Origin: Candidatus Puniceispirillales bacterium
GTDB lineage: Bacteria > Pseudomonadota > Alphaproteobacteria > Puniceispirillales > UBA1172
Reading direction: 5' to 3'
Assembly: GCA_049595035.1 (NCBI GenBank)
Contig: JBMYKD010000002.1
Span: 109,667-173,666, forward strand
Length of the DNA: 64,000 nt
Position numbers and translations under genes: made by a program. Shown one piece after another: positions 20,850 to 30,852 of the stretch. Below the pieces are notes generated by a model. It was not told where the DNA came from and did no database searches. It worked only from the letters and a program-made list of their open reading frames with translations. How positions within the stretch are numbered: the first letter of the stretch is position 1; every line of letters starts with the position of its first letter.

Positions 20850-23216
20850 CTAGTTGCTATTTTTTGTCTCATCTGCCATTTCTGGCGGCTGATGGGCGGT
20901 AATATTAATAGAACCACCTGTCCAGGGTGTGATGGATACAAGACAGGTATGTGCCGCAGGGCCCTGTGCCATTGATGATGTGCCAATATCAGGCGTAAGG
21001 ACATTCGGATTACCATGCTTACAGGACAACTCTCCTTCCAGATCCGGGTCATACCATGCCCCAGTACTGACCAGAATAACACCAGCCATGATATTTGCAT
21101 CAAGTACTGCCCCGCATATCATAGACCCGCGATCATTTGAAATATGCACCAGGTCACCATCATTAATGCCCCGGATAGCCGCATCAGATGGGTTTATTAC
21201 CACCGGTTCATGTCCATTTATCCGGACAGCCGCACTGACTTTGCCGTGATCAAGTTGTGAGTGCAATTTGTTATGCGGCTGATTATTTATCATATGCAGA
21301 CGCATGCCCAGATCATCAACCCCAAGCCATTCGCTCGGCTCCTGCCAGTATGGGAACCCCGGAAAATCATCCAGATCAAAACCTTTTATCCGTTCGGATG
21401 AAATTTCAATCCGCCCAGATGGCGTTTTCAATGGATGCTTATCCGGATCATCACGAAAATCTTTGAGCAATATCATCGGTTCCTTTTCTTCGGGCAGGAC
21501 AAACCAGCCCTGCTTGCGAAAATCATCATAATCCGGCATCGTTTTGCCATAGCGTGACAAGGATTGCCGCGACATATCATATAACCATCTTTGCCATTCT
21601 TCGGCGCTACGGCCTTCGGTAAACGCCTCGGCGCAACCCATGTGCTTGGCAATCCCCGATAATATCTGATAATCATCACGCGCCTGCCCCACCGGCGGAA
21701 TAGCCTGATCCATGGACACAACGTGATTATCGCGTGGCGACATGGCAATATCCTGCCGTTCTAGTGTGGTCGTACAAGGCAAAACAATATCTGCAAATTT
21801 GGCATTTGCGTTCCAGCACCATTCATGAACAATGATGGTATCCGGTTTCTGCCATGCCTTTACCATGCGTTGTAAATCCTGATGGTGATGAAAAGGATTT
21901 CCTCCCGCCCAGTACATCAGCTTGATATCCGGATATGTATATTCCCCGCCATTATAGCGGAAATTCTGCCCCGGATGGAGCAGCATATCACTAATACGCG
22001 CAACCGGAATAAACCGGTCAACGGCGTTCTGGCCTTGTGGCAAGGCGGTAAACTCCAGATTATTGATATTATGGCCAATCGTATTCAAGGCCGAATAACC
22101 CATGCCAAAACCGCCACCCGGTAATCCGATCTGGCCAATAAGGGCAGCAAGAACAATCCCTGCCCAATAGGGTTCTTCCCCATATTGCTGGCGGGTTAAT
22201 GACCAGCTCAGGCTGATCATGCTGCGTTTTTCCACCATCTGACGGGCTAATGTAATAATACGATCCGCCGGCACAGCAGTTATGGCTGATGCCCAGTCAG
22301 CTGTTTTTTCAATATCATCTGTCCGCCCCAATACATAATCGGCAAATGGCGCAAATCCGGTAGTGTAACGATCAACAAAGGCCTTATCATATAAATCTTC
22401 GGTGATCAGCGTATGACACAATGCCAGAATCAAGGCGGTATCTGTATTTGGGCGAATAGGCACCCATTCCGCATCAAGATGATCACTGATATCATGCCGC
22501 AAGGGGGAAATATTCACAAAAGACACGCCGTTATCCGCGGCGGCCTGCATAGCCGGAGCCTGAATATGATTGCCTAACCCACCCTGCCCGATCTGGCCAT
22601 TTTTGACAGGAAGACCACCAAAGGCCACAAGAAGTTCAGTATGTTCAATGACTGAACGCCAGCTTGTCTGATGGTAAATATAATGCCGGAAATCACCAAT
22701 AACATGCGGAACAATCACCTCGGCGGCGGCAAAGCTATAAGTATTTACAGATTTTGTATAACCCCCAACACAATTCAGAAACCGGTGAATCTGGCTTTGC
22801 GCGTGGTGGAAACGCCCTGCGCTAGCCCAGCCATAAGACCCTGCAAAAATGGATTCATTGCCGTGATCACTGATCACCCGCTTTAATTCATCCGCAACCA
22901 GTTCTTCGGCTTTTTGCCAGCTAACGGCAACAAAAGGGTCGCGTCCACGGTTTTCCGATTTACAATCATCCGAACCTGCCATGCCAGATTTAGCATCAAG
23001 CCAGCTTTTCCTGACCATTGGCGCGGTAATGCGGGTCGGGTGATCCAGCACATCGATAATACCTTCACCAATAGGTGATGGGTCTTTATCTGATTCAAGC
23101 GGTTCTAATCCGGTGACGCGATTATCATCTACGGAAACGGAAAAACTGCCCCAATGACTGGACGTATATAAACGCCGCTGCGTATCATCAGCATTATTTG
23201 CATTATCATCAACCAT
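20850..23216 (-). CDS. cytoplasmic molybdopterin oxidoreductase, BisC/TorZ-like (S-/N-oxide reductase family)
   Basis: 788 aa with no twin-arginine signal. ...SHWGSF..., ...FAGSYGW..., ...HSQL... and the C-terminal LTPD...S...G fit biotin-sulfoxide/TMAO/DMSO reductases. Confidence 0.82.
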   Translation of the reverse strand: MVDDNANNADDTQRRLYTSSHWGSFSVSVDDNRVTGLEPLESDKDPSPIGEGIIDVLDHPTRITAPMVRKSWLDAKSGMAGSDDCKSENRGRDPFVAVSWQKAEELVADELKRVISDHGNESIFAGSYGWASAGRFHHAQSQIHRFLNCVGGYTKSVNTYSFAAAEVIVPHVIGDFRHYIYHQTSWRSVIEHTELLVAFGGLPVKNGQIGQGGLGNHIQAPAMQAAADNGVSFVNISPLRHDISDHLDAEWVPIRPNTDTALILALCHTLITEDLYDKAFVDRYTTGFAPFADYVLGRTDDIEKTADWASAITAVPADRIITLARQMVEKRSMISLSWSLTRQQYGEEPYWAGIVLAALIGQIGLPGGGFGMGYSALNTIGHNINNLEFTALPQGQNAVDRFIPVARISDMLLHPGQNFRYNGGEYTYPDIKLMYWAGGNPFHHHQDLQRMVKAWQKPDTIIVHEWCWNANAKFADIVLPCTTTLERQDIAMSPRDNHVVSMDQAIPPVGQARDDYQILSGIAKHMGCAEAFTEGRSAEEWQRWLYDMSRQSLSRYGKTMPDYDDFRKQGWFVLPEEKEPMILLKDFRDDPDKHPLKTPSGRIEISSERIKGFDLDDFPGFPYWQEPSEWLGVDDLGMRLHMINNQPHNKLHSQLDHGKVSAAVRINGHEPVVINPSDAAIRGINDGDLVHISNDRGSMICGAVLDANIMAGVILVSTGAWYDPDLEGELSCKHGNPNVLTPDIGTSSMAQGPAAHTCLVSITPWTGGSINITAHQPPEMADETKNSN

Positions 23217-23268
23217 GGTACATCATCCCGCAATTCATCTGTCTGGTAAAGCCAAAAATAAACCTTCA

Positions 23269-25023
23269 TTATGTGTCATTAGCCCATAATCCTACCGTAT
23301 GATTATGTTCTGTTTCCACATCCAGGACAGGGTCGGCCGCCATGCTTTTATCCCTATATAGATCCATATTTTCATTACACCCCAGCGATAATAGCATATC
23401 CACTAACTGGTTTTTATCAGGACATAGCCGGGTGTTAAAATAACTCCATCGCCCGTGATTAATCTGACCATAAACATGGGCAGTATGAAAATCAGCAAAA
23501 GTGATTTGATCCAACCTATCCATACATGACCGGATAAACTGATATGGCAGTTCTGTTATCTGTGTTAACACATCTTCTGGTTGTCTGGCATCAACATTAA
23601 TATGCCGATACCGATCAATATTAGAGAGGGCATCCGGATCAAGAATGACCATGGATTTATTTTTACCAAAGGCAATGGTTCGTGGCGGCTCTCCCAGTGG
23701 TTGATCATTGTCAAGAAACTCGAAATGAATCGTTTTATTCTGAACCTGTGACCATGAAAAAAACAGACCCGGAATGCCAGTAAAGGCTTCAATATTATGA
23801 TACAACAAATCATCAACCGCCTTATAACGCTGGGTCGACAATCCCCTATTCCACGCCCTTTCTACTGTCTGGGATGGGGCTGTAATCACAAAAAACAGAT
23901 ATACCACATCGCCAAACCGCGTTAGCAGATTGCTTTGATAACTTCCTTCGGCATTAGTATCAAAGGAATCAAAACGGAAACGGTCAATCAATAAATGCGG
24001 CATAGTTGCTGCGGCTGCTTTTTCGGCCATATACTGATCTAGCTTACGATCAATCATGGTGAGTTCATGCCCTGTCAACATAGCGGCATATTTGTAATCT
24101 TCCCCTAGTGAGTTATAATCAATCAGGTATTTTCGCCAGTAATCTGGTGAAATCACGGCATAGTCTTCCCATTTTGTGCCAAGCTTTACGGCAAGTTGCC
24201 TTTGTTTTGGGCGAAGAGTGCTTTTACCTGCCGCCGATGCCCCTTTCGTATTCATCACCACCGGTTTGGCTTGCGGGGGAAGGAAACGATACCCTTCGGC
24301 TCTGGCGGCCTGATCGAAATCATTTGTAATCATTGCCCTGACTTGCTGGCTACCATAATCATGGAAAACCAGCCTGCTAGCCAGATCAACCATCATATCC
24401 AAGTCTGATATCAACCGCCCCTGCTGACCCATCATGGCGCTACCAAGCCTAACAAGCGCGGCATAGCATGATGACATAAGCGAGGCTTTTGGAGCATCTT
24501 TTGCTTCTTTTTTCCAGATAGCCAACAGGCTGTCATCATCCCGTCTGGTATAAGTGTTCCTGCCTTTCCATAAGCCAAAAAACTGTCTATTACCTGTGAC
24601 TTCAACCATCAGGCTTTGATCAAGAATATTGCATAATTCTATCCGGATTTGCGTTTTAACCTGATCAAATTGAATTCGGAACGCATCTAATTTGGGAATC
24701 ATATGTCGTTGATAGATATGATCGACCATTGACCGTAAAGAAATCCCCAGATCAGCATAATTGGGCCCATCCGGTACATATAGATCAGACGTCACCCGTA
24801 ACAGCAATTCATGAATAATCAGCCTTTCTACATTAAGGATAGCAAGGTCTGTTTCGGGCAAGCCACTTAATCGTGCCGCTTCCCGGGCATCATGGTAATT
24901 AATCGCCCCATTTTCCGGATCAAATAATGTGATGCGCGGCTTCAGATGAGGCGGGATTGATGACGAAATTCCCGGATTCCATGCGTTTTCAACAGGATTA
25001 TGATCAGCGTCTTTCGTCATCAT
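23269..25023 (-). CDS. hypothetical protein with a central P-loop (zeta-toxin/AAA_33-like kinase) module
   Basis: Walker A GASAAGKST at aa 261-269 (nt 24217-24243) and a Walker-B-like LLIDRFRFD. The ~250 aa N-terminal and ~130 aa C-terminal regions are unrecognised. It starts 7 nt after the tctA stop. Confidence 0.55.
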   Translation of the reverse strand: MMTKDADHNPVENAWNPGISSSIPPHLKPRITLFDPENGAINYHDAREAARLSGLPETDLAILNVERLIIHELLLRVTSDLYVPDGPNYADLGISLRSMVDHIYQRHMIPKLDAFRIQFDQVKTQIRIELCNILDQSLMVEVTGNRQFFGLWKGRNTYTRRDDDSLLAIWKKEAKDAPKASLMSSCYAALVRLGSAMMGQQGRLISDLDMMVDLASRLVFHDYGSQQVRAMITNDFDQAARAEGYRFLPPQAKPVVMNTKGASAAGKSTLRPKQRQLAVKLGTKWEDYAVISPDYWRKYLIDYNSLGEDYKYAAMLTGHELTMIDRKLDQYMAEKAAAATMPHLLIDRFRFDSFDTNAEGSYQSNLLTRFGDVVYLFFVITAPSQTVERAWNRGLSTQRYKAVDDLLYHNIEAFTGIPGLFFSWSQVQNKTIHFEFLDNDQPLGEPPRTIAFGKNKSMVILDPDALSNIDRYRHINVDARQPEDVLTQITELPYQFIRSCMDRLDQITFADFHTAHVYGQINHGRWSYFNTRLCPDKNQLVDMLLSLGCNENMDLYRDKSMAADPVLDVETEHNHTVGLWANDT

Positions 25024-25029
25024 CCTTGA

Positions 25030-26547
25030 TCAGGCATTGCGTCGCATCTTCCGCAAAATTAATTGTATCGCCGGCAGAAAGATCAAAATGATAGCACAAA
25101 TGGTAATTGGCCCGGCTATTGGTCTTGTAAAGAAGATCGTGAAGGTTTCATATTGTAGCAAAGTCTGACGTAAGGTTGGTTCAGCAATAGGGCCAAGAAC
25201 AATCGCCAGAACAGCCGGTGCGACCGGATAATCCAATATCCGCATGAAAAACCCGCCAAAACCTACCAGCACCATCAACCAGACATCAAACATATCCAAG
25301 TAAGCCGCATATGTGCCAACCAGCGATAATACAAAAATGGTAGGTGCAAGAATGGTAAATGGCATCCGCAACATCCATAGAAAGACAGGAATGAATAGAA
25401 TATTTACAAAAACGGCAACAAAGTTGGAAATGTAGAATGACCCAATCAACGGCCAGACAAAATCCGGCTGATCCGAAAATAATAACGGCCCCGGCTGAAG
25501 CCCCCAGATTACCATACCAGCAAGCAGAACAGCCGTCGTTGGTGACCCCGGAATACCAAGTGTCATCATCGGTAACATGGCCCCGGTAGAAGCTGAATTG
25601 TTAGCCGCTTCAGGTGCAGCCACGCCATCAACAGCACCTTTGCCGTATTTGCTTGGATCTTTTGACGTCATTTTGGTAACGCCATATGCCATCAGTGAAC
25701 CTGGTGTGGCTCCAGCGGCTGGCAGAATACCAACAAAGAAACCGATAAAAGAACCGATTAGCGTTCCCTTCCATGCAGTTCTAAACTGTTGCAAGGCATA
25801 GACGATGCTTGAAAAGTTCACTTCCACTTTTGACATGGATGACCCATAGCGCGAGGTGTTTATTGTCCATAACATTTCACCAATCCCGTAAATGCCAATA
25901 GCCAGAACAAGAAACCGGATCCCATGTGAAAACCCTTGGATATCGAAAAAGATCAGTCGAGGCTCACCCGATATGATATCAAACCCGACAGCTGACAGGG
26001 CTAGACCAAAACAGATGGAAAATATTGTTTTCGGAAAGTCATCCCCACCCAAACCCGCAAAAGTGGCAAAGGCAAGTAGCATTAGGGCAAAAATTTCAGG
26101 ATTGCCAAAATTCAAAGCCACAGATGCCAGAACAGGCGCAAATGCAGTGAATAAGACATTGGATATGGTTGCGCCAATAAATGATGCTAGCGCGGCCGCC
26201 ATTAACGCGACATGTGCCTTGCCCTGCATGGCTAGAGGCCGTCCATCAAAAGTCGTCGCTACCGCCGTTGATGCCCCCGGTATCCCCAGCGTAATGGATG
26301 ATATTGCCCCCCCATACATAGCCCCATAATAAATAGATGCCAGAAAGATCATGGGGGACGTCGCACCACCTGTAAATCCCTGAATAACAAATGTAAATGG
26401 AAGAAGAATAGCAACACCATTAACGGATCCAAGGCCGGGCATGGCACCAACAAACAGGCCAACAACAACCCCGATAATGGCTAGCCCCAGATTAACGGGC
26501 TGCAAAGCGATCATAATGCCTTCGATTAAATGACCTATGACTTCCAT
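25030..26547 (-). CDS. tctA: tripartite tricarboxylate transporter, large permease TctA
   Basis: 505 aa, polytopic, with ...GAMPGLG... and ...GILPAAGA... TctA motifs. Confidence 0.9.
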   Translation of the reverse strand: MEVIGHLIEGIMIALQPVNLGLAIIGVVVGLFVGAMPGLGSVNGVAILLPFTFVIQGFTGGATSPMIFLASIYYGAMYGGAISSITLGIPGASTAVATTFDGRPLAMQGKAHVALMAAALASFIGATISNVLFTAFAPVLASVALNFGNPEIFALMLLAFATFAGLGGDDFPKTIFSICFGLALSAVGFDIISGEPRLIFFDIQGFSHGIRFLVLAIGIYGIGEMLWTINTSRYGSSMSKVEVNFSSIVYALQQFRTAWKGTLIGSFIGFFVGILPAAGATPGSLMAYGVTKMTSKDPSKYGKGAVDGVAAPEAANNSASTGAMLPMMTLGIPGSPTTAVLLAGMVIWGLQPGPLLFSDQPDFVWPLIGSFYISNFVAVFVNILFIPVFLWMLRMPFTILAPTIFVLSLVGTYAAYLDMFDVWLMVLVGFGGFFMRILDYPVAPAVLAIVLGPIAEPTLRQTLLQYETFTIFFTRPIAGPITICAIILIFLPAIQLILRKMRRNA

Positions 26548-26586
26548 TTTATGATTTCCCCCACATTCACTTTATATGCTTAATTT

Positions 26587-27117
26587 TTATAGAAAAATGT
26601 CATAGAGCGGTATAAATAACGGCTCCAGATATCCTTTTGGTAAAACAATCCGCATAGCAACGTCGAAAAAGAAAAAACTGACTACTGGCATTGCGCTGGC
26701 AATAATCAGGGTTAGCAACCATGTATGCCGGCCAAGGAATTTGAGGTAATAAACCATGAAAAGGAACATAGCACCGTAAAATCCGGCCAGATGAATCATG
26801 ATCAGAAAACCGATAAGCCCTCCGCCAACGGTTAGAAACATTTTTTTTCCATAATCATCCAGAAACGGTTCTTCGGATACAGATTGCGGTGATCGTTTCA
26901 AGACCCAGTTTATGCCAATCCAGATCGTACATATCAGCATGATAAAACCGAGCCAGAATGGCCAGAAGCCGCTTCCGGGAGTGCCGGTTTCATCAAAGCC
27001 GATATTGGCAAAGCGGGGAACACTGGGATTCCATGCCGGTGGCTCACCGCTTTTCCACATAAGGTATATAGAGAATACTCCAAAGATAAACGCAGTTATA
27101 ATTTCTGCACGACGCAT
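26587..27117 (-). CDS. tctB: tripartite tricarboxylate transporter, small permease TctB
   Basis: 176 aa with 4 TM segments, located between tctC and tctA. Confidence 0.72.
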   Translation of the reverse strand: MRRAEIITAFIFGVFSIYLMWKSGEPPAWNPSVPRFANIGFDETGTPGSGFWPFWLGFIMLICTIWIGINWVLKRSPQSVSEEPFLDDYGKKMFLTVGGGLIGFLIMIHLAGFYGAMFLFMVYYLKFLGRHTWLLTLIIASAMPVVSFFFFDVAMRIVLPKGYLEPLFIPLYDIFL

Positions 27118-27152
27118 ATGTTCCCCCCTATATACCTTACGCTTTGATATTT

Positions 27153-28139
27153 TTACTGAATGGCACCTGAAGCGCGCAAAATTGTTTCGTGATTTGCACG
27201 TTGCAGTTTCCAGTAAGCCATTAGCTCATCACCAGACATGAGTTCACCCATGAGTGACTTTTTGCTTTTATAGTCCTGCCAGTCATCCGAGGCATAAACC
27301 TTGGCAAACAGGTCAGTATAATAGGCTTCGGCTTCATCAGACATGCCCGGGGCACCAACAACAGAACGTTGCATGAAGTAGCTGAAATCAACCCCTTTTT
27401 CACGCAAAGTAGGTACATCCGGGAACATTGGCAGACGTTCATCTGTAAATGCTACCAGAGCAATCATGTCACCGGATTCATAGAAACCAAGAGCTTCTGA
27501 TGGGTTGTTCACGGATGAATTGATCTGTTTACCAGCAACATCCTTAGCGACAGCACCCCCGCCCTTATACGGAATATACTTCATGGACAGGCCATAATTA
27601 TCATTCAGGAAATCGGTAATGATATTATCTTCGGAATTTGATCCTGTGCCACCCATGACCCAGTTCTTGCCTTCGGATTTTGCGACCTCAAGCCATTCTT
27701 CGAATGTTGTGATCCCACTATCCTTGTGAACCCATAAAAGGAATGTATCCTCAGCCATACGGGCAACCGGCGCAAATGTCAGAACATCTACATCCAGACC
27801 CGGCTGACGCAACGGGGTTGTATAAAATGAGTTCAATGTCACCATGATTGTATGATCAGGGTCACTGGCAGATTTAGCTGCAATCAGGGCTTCAGCCCCG
27901 GAACCACCAGATTTATTTGTTGGAACTAGTGGACGATTAGCAAGGTCTTCTTTTTCAACAATAGCCTGCATGAGTCGCGCCATTTTATCAGCACCACCAC
28001 CTTTACCGGCCATAATAATGAAATCGATAGGCTTGTTAGGTTGCCAGCCATGTCCATCTGCTTGCGCAAATCCTGACATTGCTGAAAGTGTCATGCCAGC
28101 GGCAACAAAGCCGGTGGCCATCTTTTTAAAAATGCTCAT
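27153..28139 (-). CDS. tctC: TTT-family (Bug/TctC) periplasmic solute-binding protein
   Basis: Signal peptide MSIFKKMATGFVAAGMTLSAMSGFAQA and ...GKGGGADK... The ATG at 28139 follows AGGAGG. The track ORF is 23 codons longer. Confidence 0.88.
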   Translation of the reverse strand: MSIFKKMATGFVAAGMTLSAMSGFAQADGHGWQPNKPIDFIIMAGKGGGADKMARLMQAIVEKEDLANRPLVPTNKSGGSGAEALIAAKSASDPDHTIMVTLNSFYTTPLRQPGLDVDVLTFAPVARMAEDTFLLWVHKDSGITTFEEWLEVAKSEGKNWVMGGTGSNSEDNIITDFLNDNYGLSMKYIPYKGGGAVAKDVAGKQINSSVNNPSEALGFYESGDMIALVAFTDERLPMFPDVPTLREKGVDFSYFMQRSVVGAPGMSDEAEAYYTDLFAKVYASDDWQDYKSKKSLMGELMSGDELMAYWKLQRANHETILRASGAIQ

Positions 28140-28222
28140 GTCTTCCTCCTTTAGAGCGGTTTCCCTTATTATTATCAAATAGACCGTTTTGGTCAGGAAA
28201 CTTACCAAACGGCAAAATAAAA

Positions 28223-28258
28223 GTGAAAATATGAAACTTGTAAATTTTTACAATTTAC
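28223..28258. promoter_or_regulatory. operator-like motif upstream of tctC: GTGAAAAT-N7-TTGTAAA-TT-TTTACAA-TTTAC
   Basis: 7-bp inverted repeat TTGTAAA/TTTACAA (28238-28253), about 100 nt upstream of the tctC ATG. A near-identical block occurs at 39342-39378. Confidence 0.35.
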
Positions 28259-28274
28259 TTAGTCTACACATCCA

Positions 28275-29138
28275 CTAATGTACCAGAACCAATGGCCCTG
28301 ATGCATGATCGACAAAATGTTGCGTCACTCCTCCTAATATTCTTTCAAAATACTGATTATTACCATAAGCCCCCAGAATAACGATATCAGCCTCACATGC
28401 CAGGCTAGCCTGCATTAAAGATGCCCCGGTTGTACCGGATGGCTTTACCATAATGATATCTGCCTTAATGTCATGTTCGGTCAGGTAGCTTTGCAATTCT
28501 TCCGGCTTGATTTCAACATGACCATTTTCAACAGTCAAAATCGTCAGCTTTTTAGCTATTTTCATCAGCCATAATGTCTGTGCTACCGCCCGTGTGGATT
28601 CAATCGATCCATCCCAGCATAATGCAACCTTATCAATGATATGGCTGTTATGATCAGGCATGTGTTCATCACACATATAGACAGGTCTGCCGGTATGGAA
28701 TAAGGCCGTTTTAAGGGTATTAGCACCTAAATTCCGGTCTATTTCCGGCTTGGCCACAACAATAATATCCGATAGACGGCCATGCCGCCTGACAACATCT
28801 ACCTGACGGCCTTCTGCTTCAATGAATTGTACAGAAACTTTATTTGCCACGGGCTGATCTGACATCGTCACCTCGGCAGATGAACAAATACGCTCCACTT
28901 CGCCACGCATAGCGGTTTCAGCCATATTGAAGACAGAGGCCGATTGGGTCATGATCTGCTTTTTCATATCCCGTGACATGGGCACACCAAAAGGCAGCAT
29001 GTCTTCGGGACGTAACCGGCAATGGGTGACAATAATATGGGCGTTTACCGCTTTTGCCAGAGAAATAGCATGGCGCAAAACGCGTTCCGCATTACCATCA
29101 TCTCTAACAGGAACGACTACCCTGTTTATCATTGTCAC
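28275..29138 (-). CDS. tandem universal stress protein (UspA family)
   Basis: 287 aa with two USP halves, each ending in a G-x2-G-x9-G(S/T)-like segment (...LGAYGNNQYFERILGGVT...). It starts 12 nt after the fhs stop. Confidence 0.78.
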   Translation of the reverse strand: MTMINRVVVPVRDDGNAERVLRHAISLAKAVNAHIIVTHCRLRPEDMLPFGVPMSRDMKKQIMTQSASVFNMAETAMRGEVERICSSAEVTMSDQPVANKVSVQFIEAEGRQVDVVRRHGRLSDIIVVAKPEIDRNLGANTLKTALFHTGRPVYMCDEHMPDHNSHIIDKVALCWDGSIESTRAVAQTLWLMKIAKKLTILTVENGHVEIKPEELQSYLTEHDIKADIIMVKPSGTTGASLMQASLACEADIVILGAYGNNQYFERILGGVTQHFVDHASGPLVLVH

Positions 29139-29150
29139 CCCCTTTAAATG

Positions 29151-30827
29151 TTAGAATAACCCCTCAATAAGGCCATTTTCATTAATGTGAATGCTTTCTG
29201 CTGCCGGCACTCTTGGCAATCCGGGCATCGTCATAATCTCACCACAGACAACGACGACAAAACCTGCACCTGCTGATAACCGGACTTCACGGATAGGAAG
29301 GCTATGGCCAGTTGGTGCGCCACGTTTATTCGGGTCTGTGGTAAAGCTATATTGCGTTTTTGCCATACATACTGGCAATTTACCATAACCCTGCTCTTCC
29401 CATGCTTTTAATTGATCGCGTAATTTCTGATCGGCAATCACTTCATCAGCGCGGTAGATTTCTTTGGCGATGGTTTCGATTTTTTCAAAAAGCCCCATTT
29501 CAACAGGATAAAGGGGCTGGTAATTAGTAGGTGATGATTCAATCATATTGACTACCGCTTTCGCCAGTTCTTCTGTTCCTGCGCTACCATCAGCCCAGTG
29601 GCGGCAGACAATGGCTGTGCCACCCTGATTATGAACGAATGTTTTCAATGCTTCAATTTCAGCATCGGTATCGCTGTAAAAATGATTGATAGCAACAATC
29701 GCCGGGACACCGAATTTCTGGATGTTTTCCATATGCCGGCCAAGATTAGGACAGCCGCGCTTGACCGCTTCGACATTTTCAACCCCAAGATCAGCCTTGG
29801 CAATGCCTCCGTTCATCTTCATTGCCCGAACCGTGGCAACAATTACGGTAGCATCTGGCTTCAACCCTGCCTGACGGCATTTGATATCAAGGAACTTTTC
29901 AGCCCCTAGATCAGCACCAAATCCGGCTTCGGTAACGACATAATCAGCCAGTTTAAGTGCGGTTTTTGTAGCAATGACCGAATTACACCCATGGGCAATA
30001 TTGGCGAATGGCCCACCATGAACAAAGGCAGGGTTATTTTCCAGTGTCTGCACCAGATTAGGTTGCATGGCCTGTTGCAATAGCACCGTCATGGCACCAT
30101 CAGCCTTAATATCACGACAGAATACCGGGCTACGATCACGACGATAGGCAATGATTATATCACCAAGACGACGTTCCAGATCAGCCAGATCATCTGCCAG
30201 ACAGAGAATAGCCATCACTTCTGATGCAACCGTAATATCAAATCCAGCTTCCCGTGGGAAACCATTGGCAACCCCCCCAAGGCTACATGTAATCTGACGG
30301 AGTGCTCTATCATTCATATCGAGAACGCGGCGGAAAGCGACACGGCGAATATCGATATCCTGCTCATTTCCCCAGTAAATGTGATTATCAATCAGGGCGG
30401 CTAACAAATTATGAGCTGATGTAATCGCATGAAAATCACCAGTAAAATGGAGGTTCATTTCTTCCATGGGGACGACTTGTGAATATCCCCCACCAGCGGC
30501 ACCACCCTTCATACCAAAGCAAGGGCCAAGTGACGCCTCACGGATACAGATAGCGGCGTTTTTGCCAATCCGGTTCAACCCATCACCAAGTCCGACGGTG
30601 GTTGTTGTTTTCCCTTCACCTGCAGGGGTAGGGTTAATGGCGGTGACGAGAATCAATTTGCCATTTTCACGTCCATCAAGGCTTTTGATAAAGCTTTCAG
30701 ATACCTTGGCCTTATCATGGCCATAGGGAAGCAAATGTTCATATGGAATACCAAGCTTTTCCCCAATATCCTTGATGGGTTTCTTTTTGGCTTCGCGGGC
30801 AATTTCAATGTCAGTTTTGTAGCTCAC
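29151..30827 (-). CDS. fhs: formate--tetrahydrofolate ligase
   Basis: 558 aa with ...[14 protein letters not shown]... P-loop and ...[13 protein letters not shown]... Confidence 0.95.
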   Translation of the reverse strand: MSYKTDIEIAREAKKKPIKDIGEKLGIPYEHLLPYGHDKAKVSESFIKSLDGRENGKLILVTAINPTPAGEGKTTTTVGLGDGLNRIGKNAAICIREASLGPCFGMKGGAAGGGYSQVVPMEEMNLHFTGDFHAITSAHNLLAALIDNHIYWGNEQDIDIRRVAFRRVLDMNDRALRQITCSLGGVANGFPREAGFDITVASEVMAILCLADDLADLERRLGDIIIAYRRDRSPVFCRDIKADGAMTVLLQQAMQPNLVQTLENNPAFVHGGPFANIAHGCNSVIATKTALKLADYVVTEAGFGADLGAEKFLDIKCRQAGLKPDATVIVATVRAMKMNGGIAKADLGVENVEAVKRGCPNLGRHMENIQKFGVPAIVAINHFYSDTDAEIEALKTFVHNQGGTAIVCRHWADGSAGTEELAKAVVNMIESSPTNYQPLYPVEMGLFEKIETIAKEIYRADEVIADQKLRDQLKAWEEQGYGKLPVCMAKTQYSFTTDPNKRGAPTGHSLPIREVRLSAGAGFVVVVCGEIMTMPGLPRVPAAESIHINENGLIEGLF

Positions 30828-30852
30828 TGTTTTATCCTATTCATTTTCTAGT

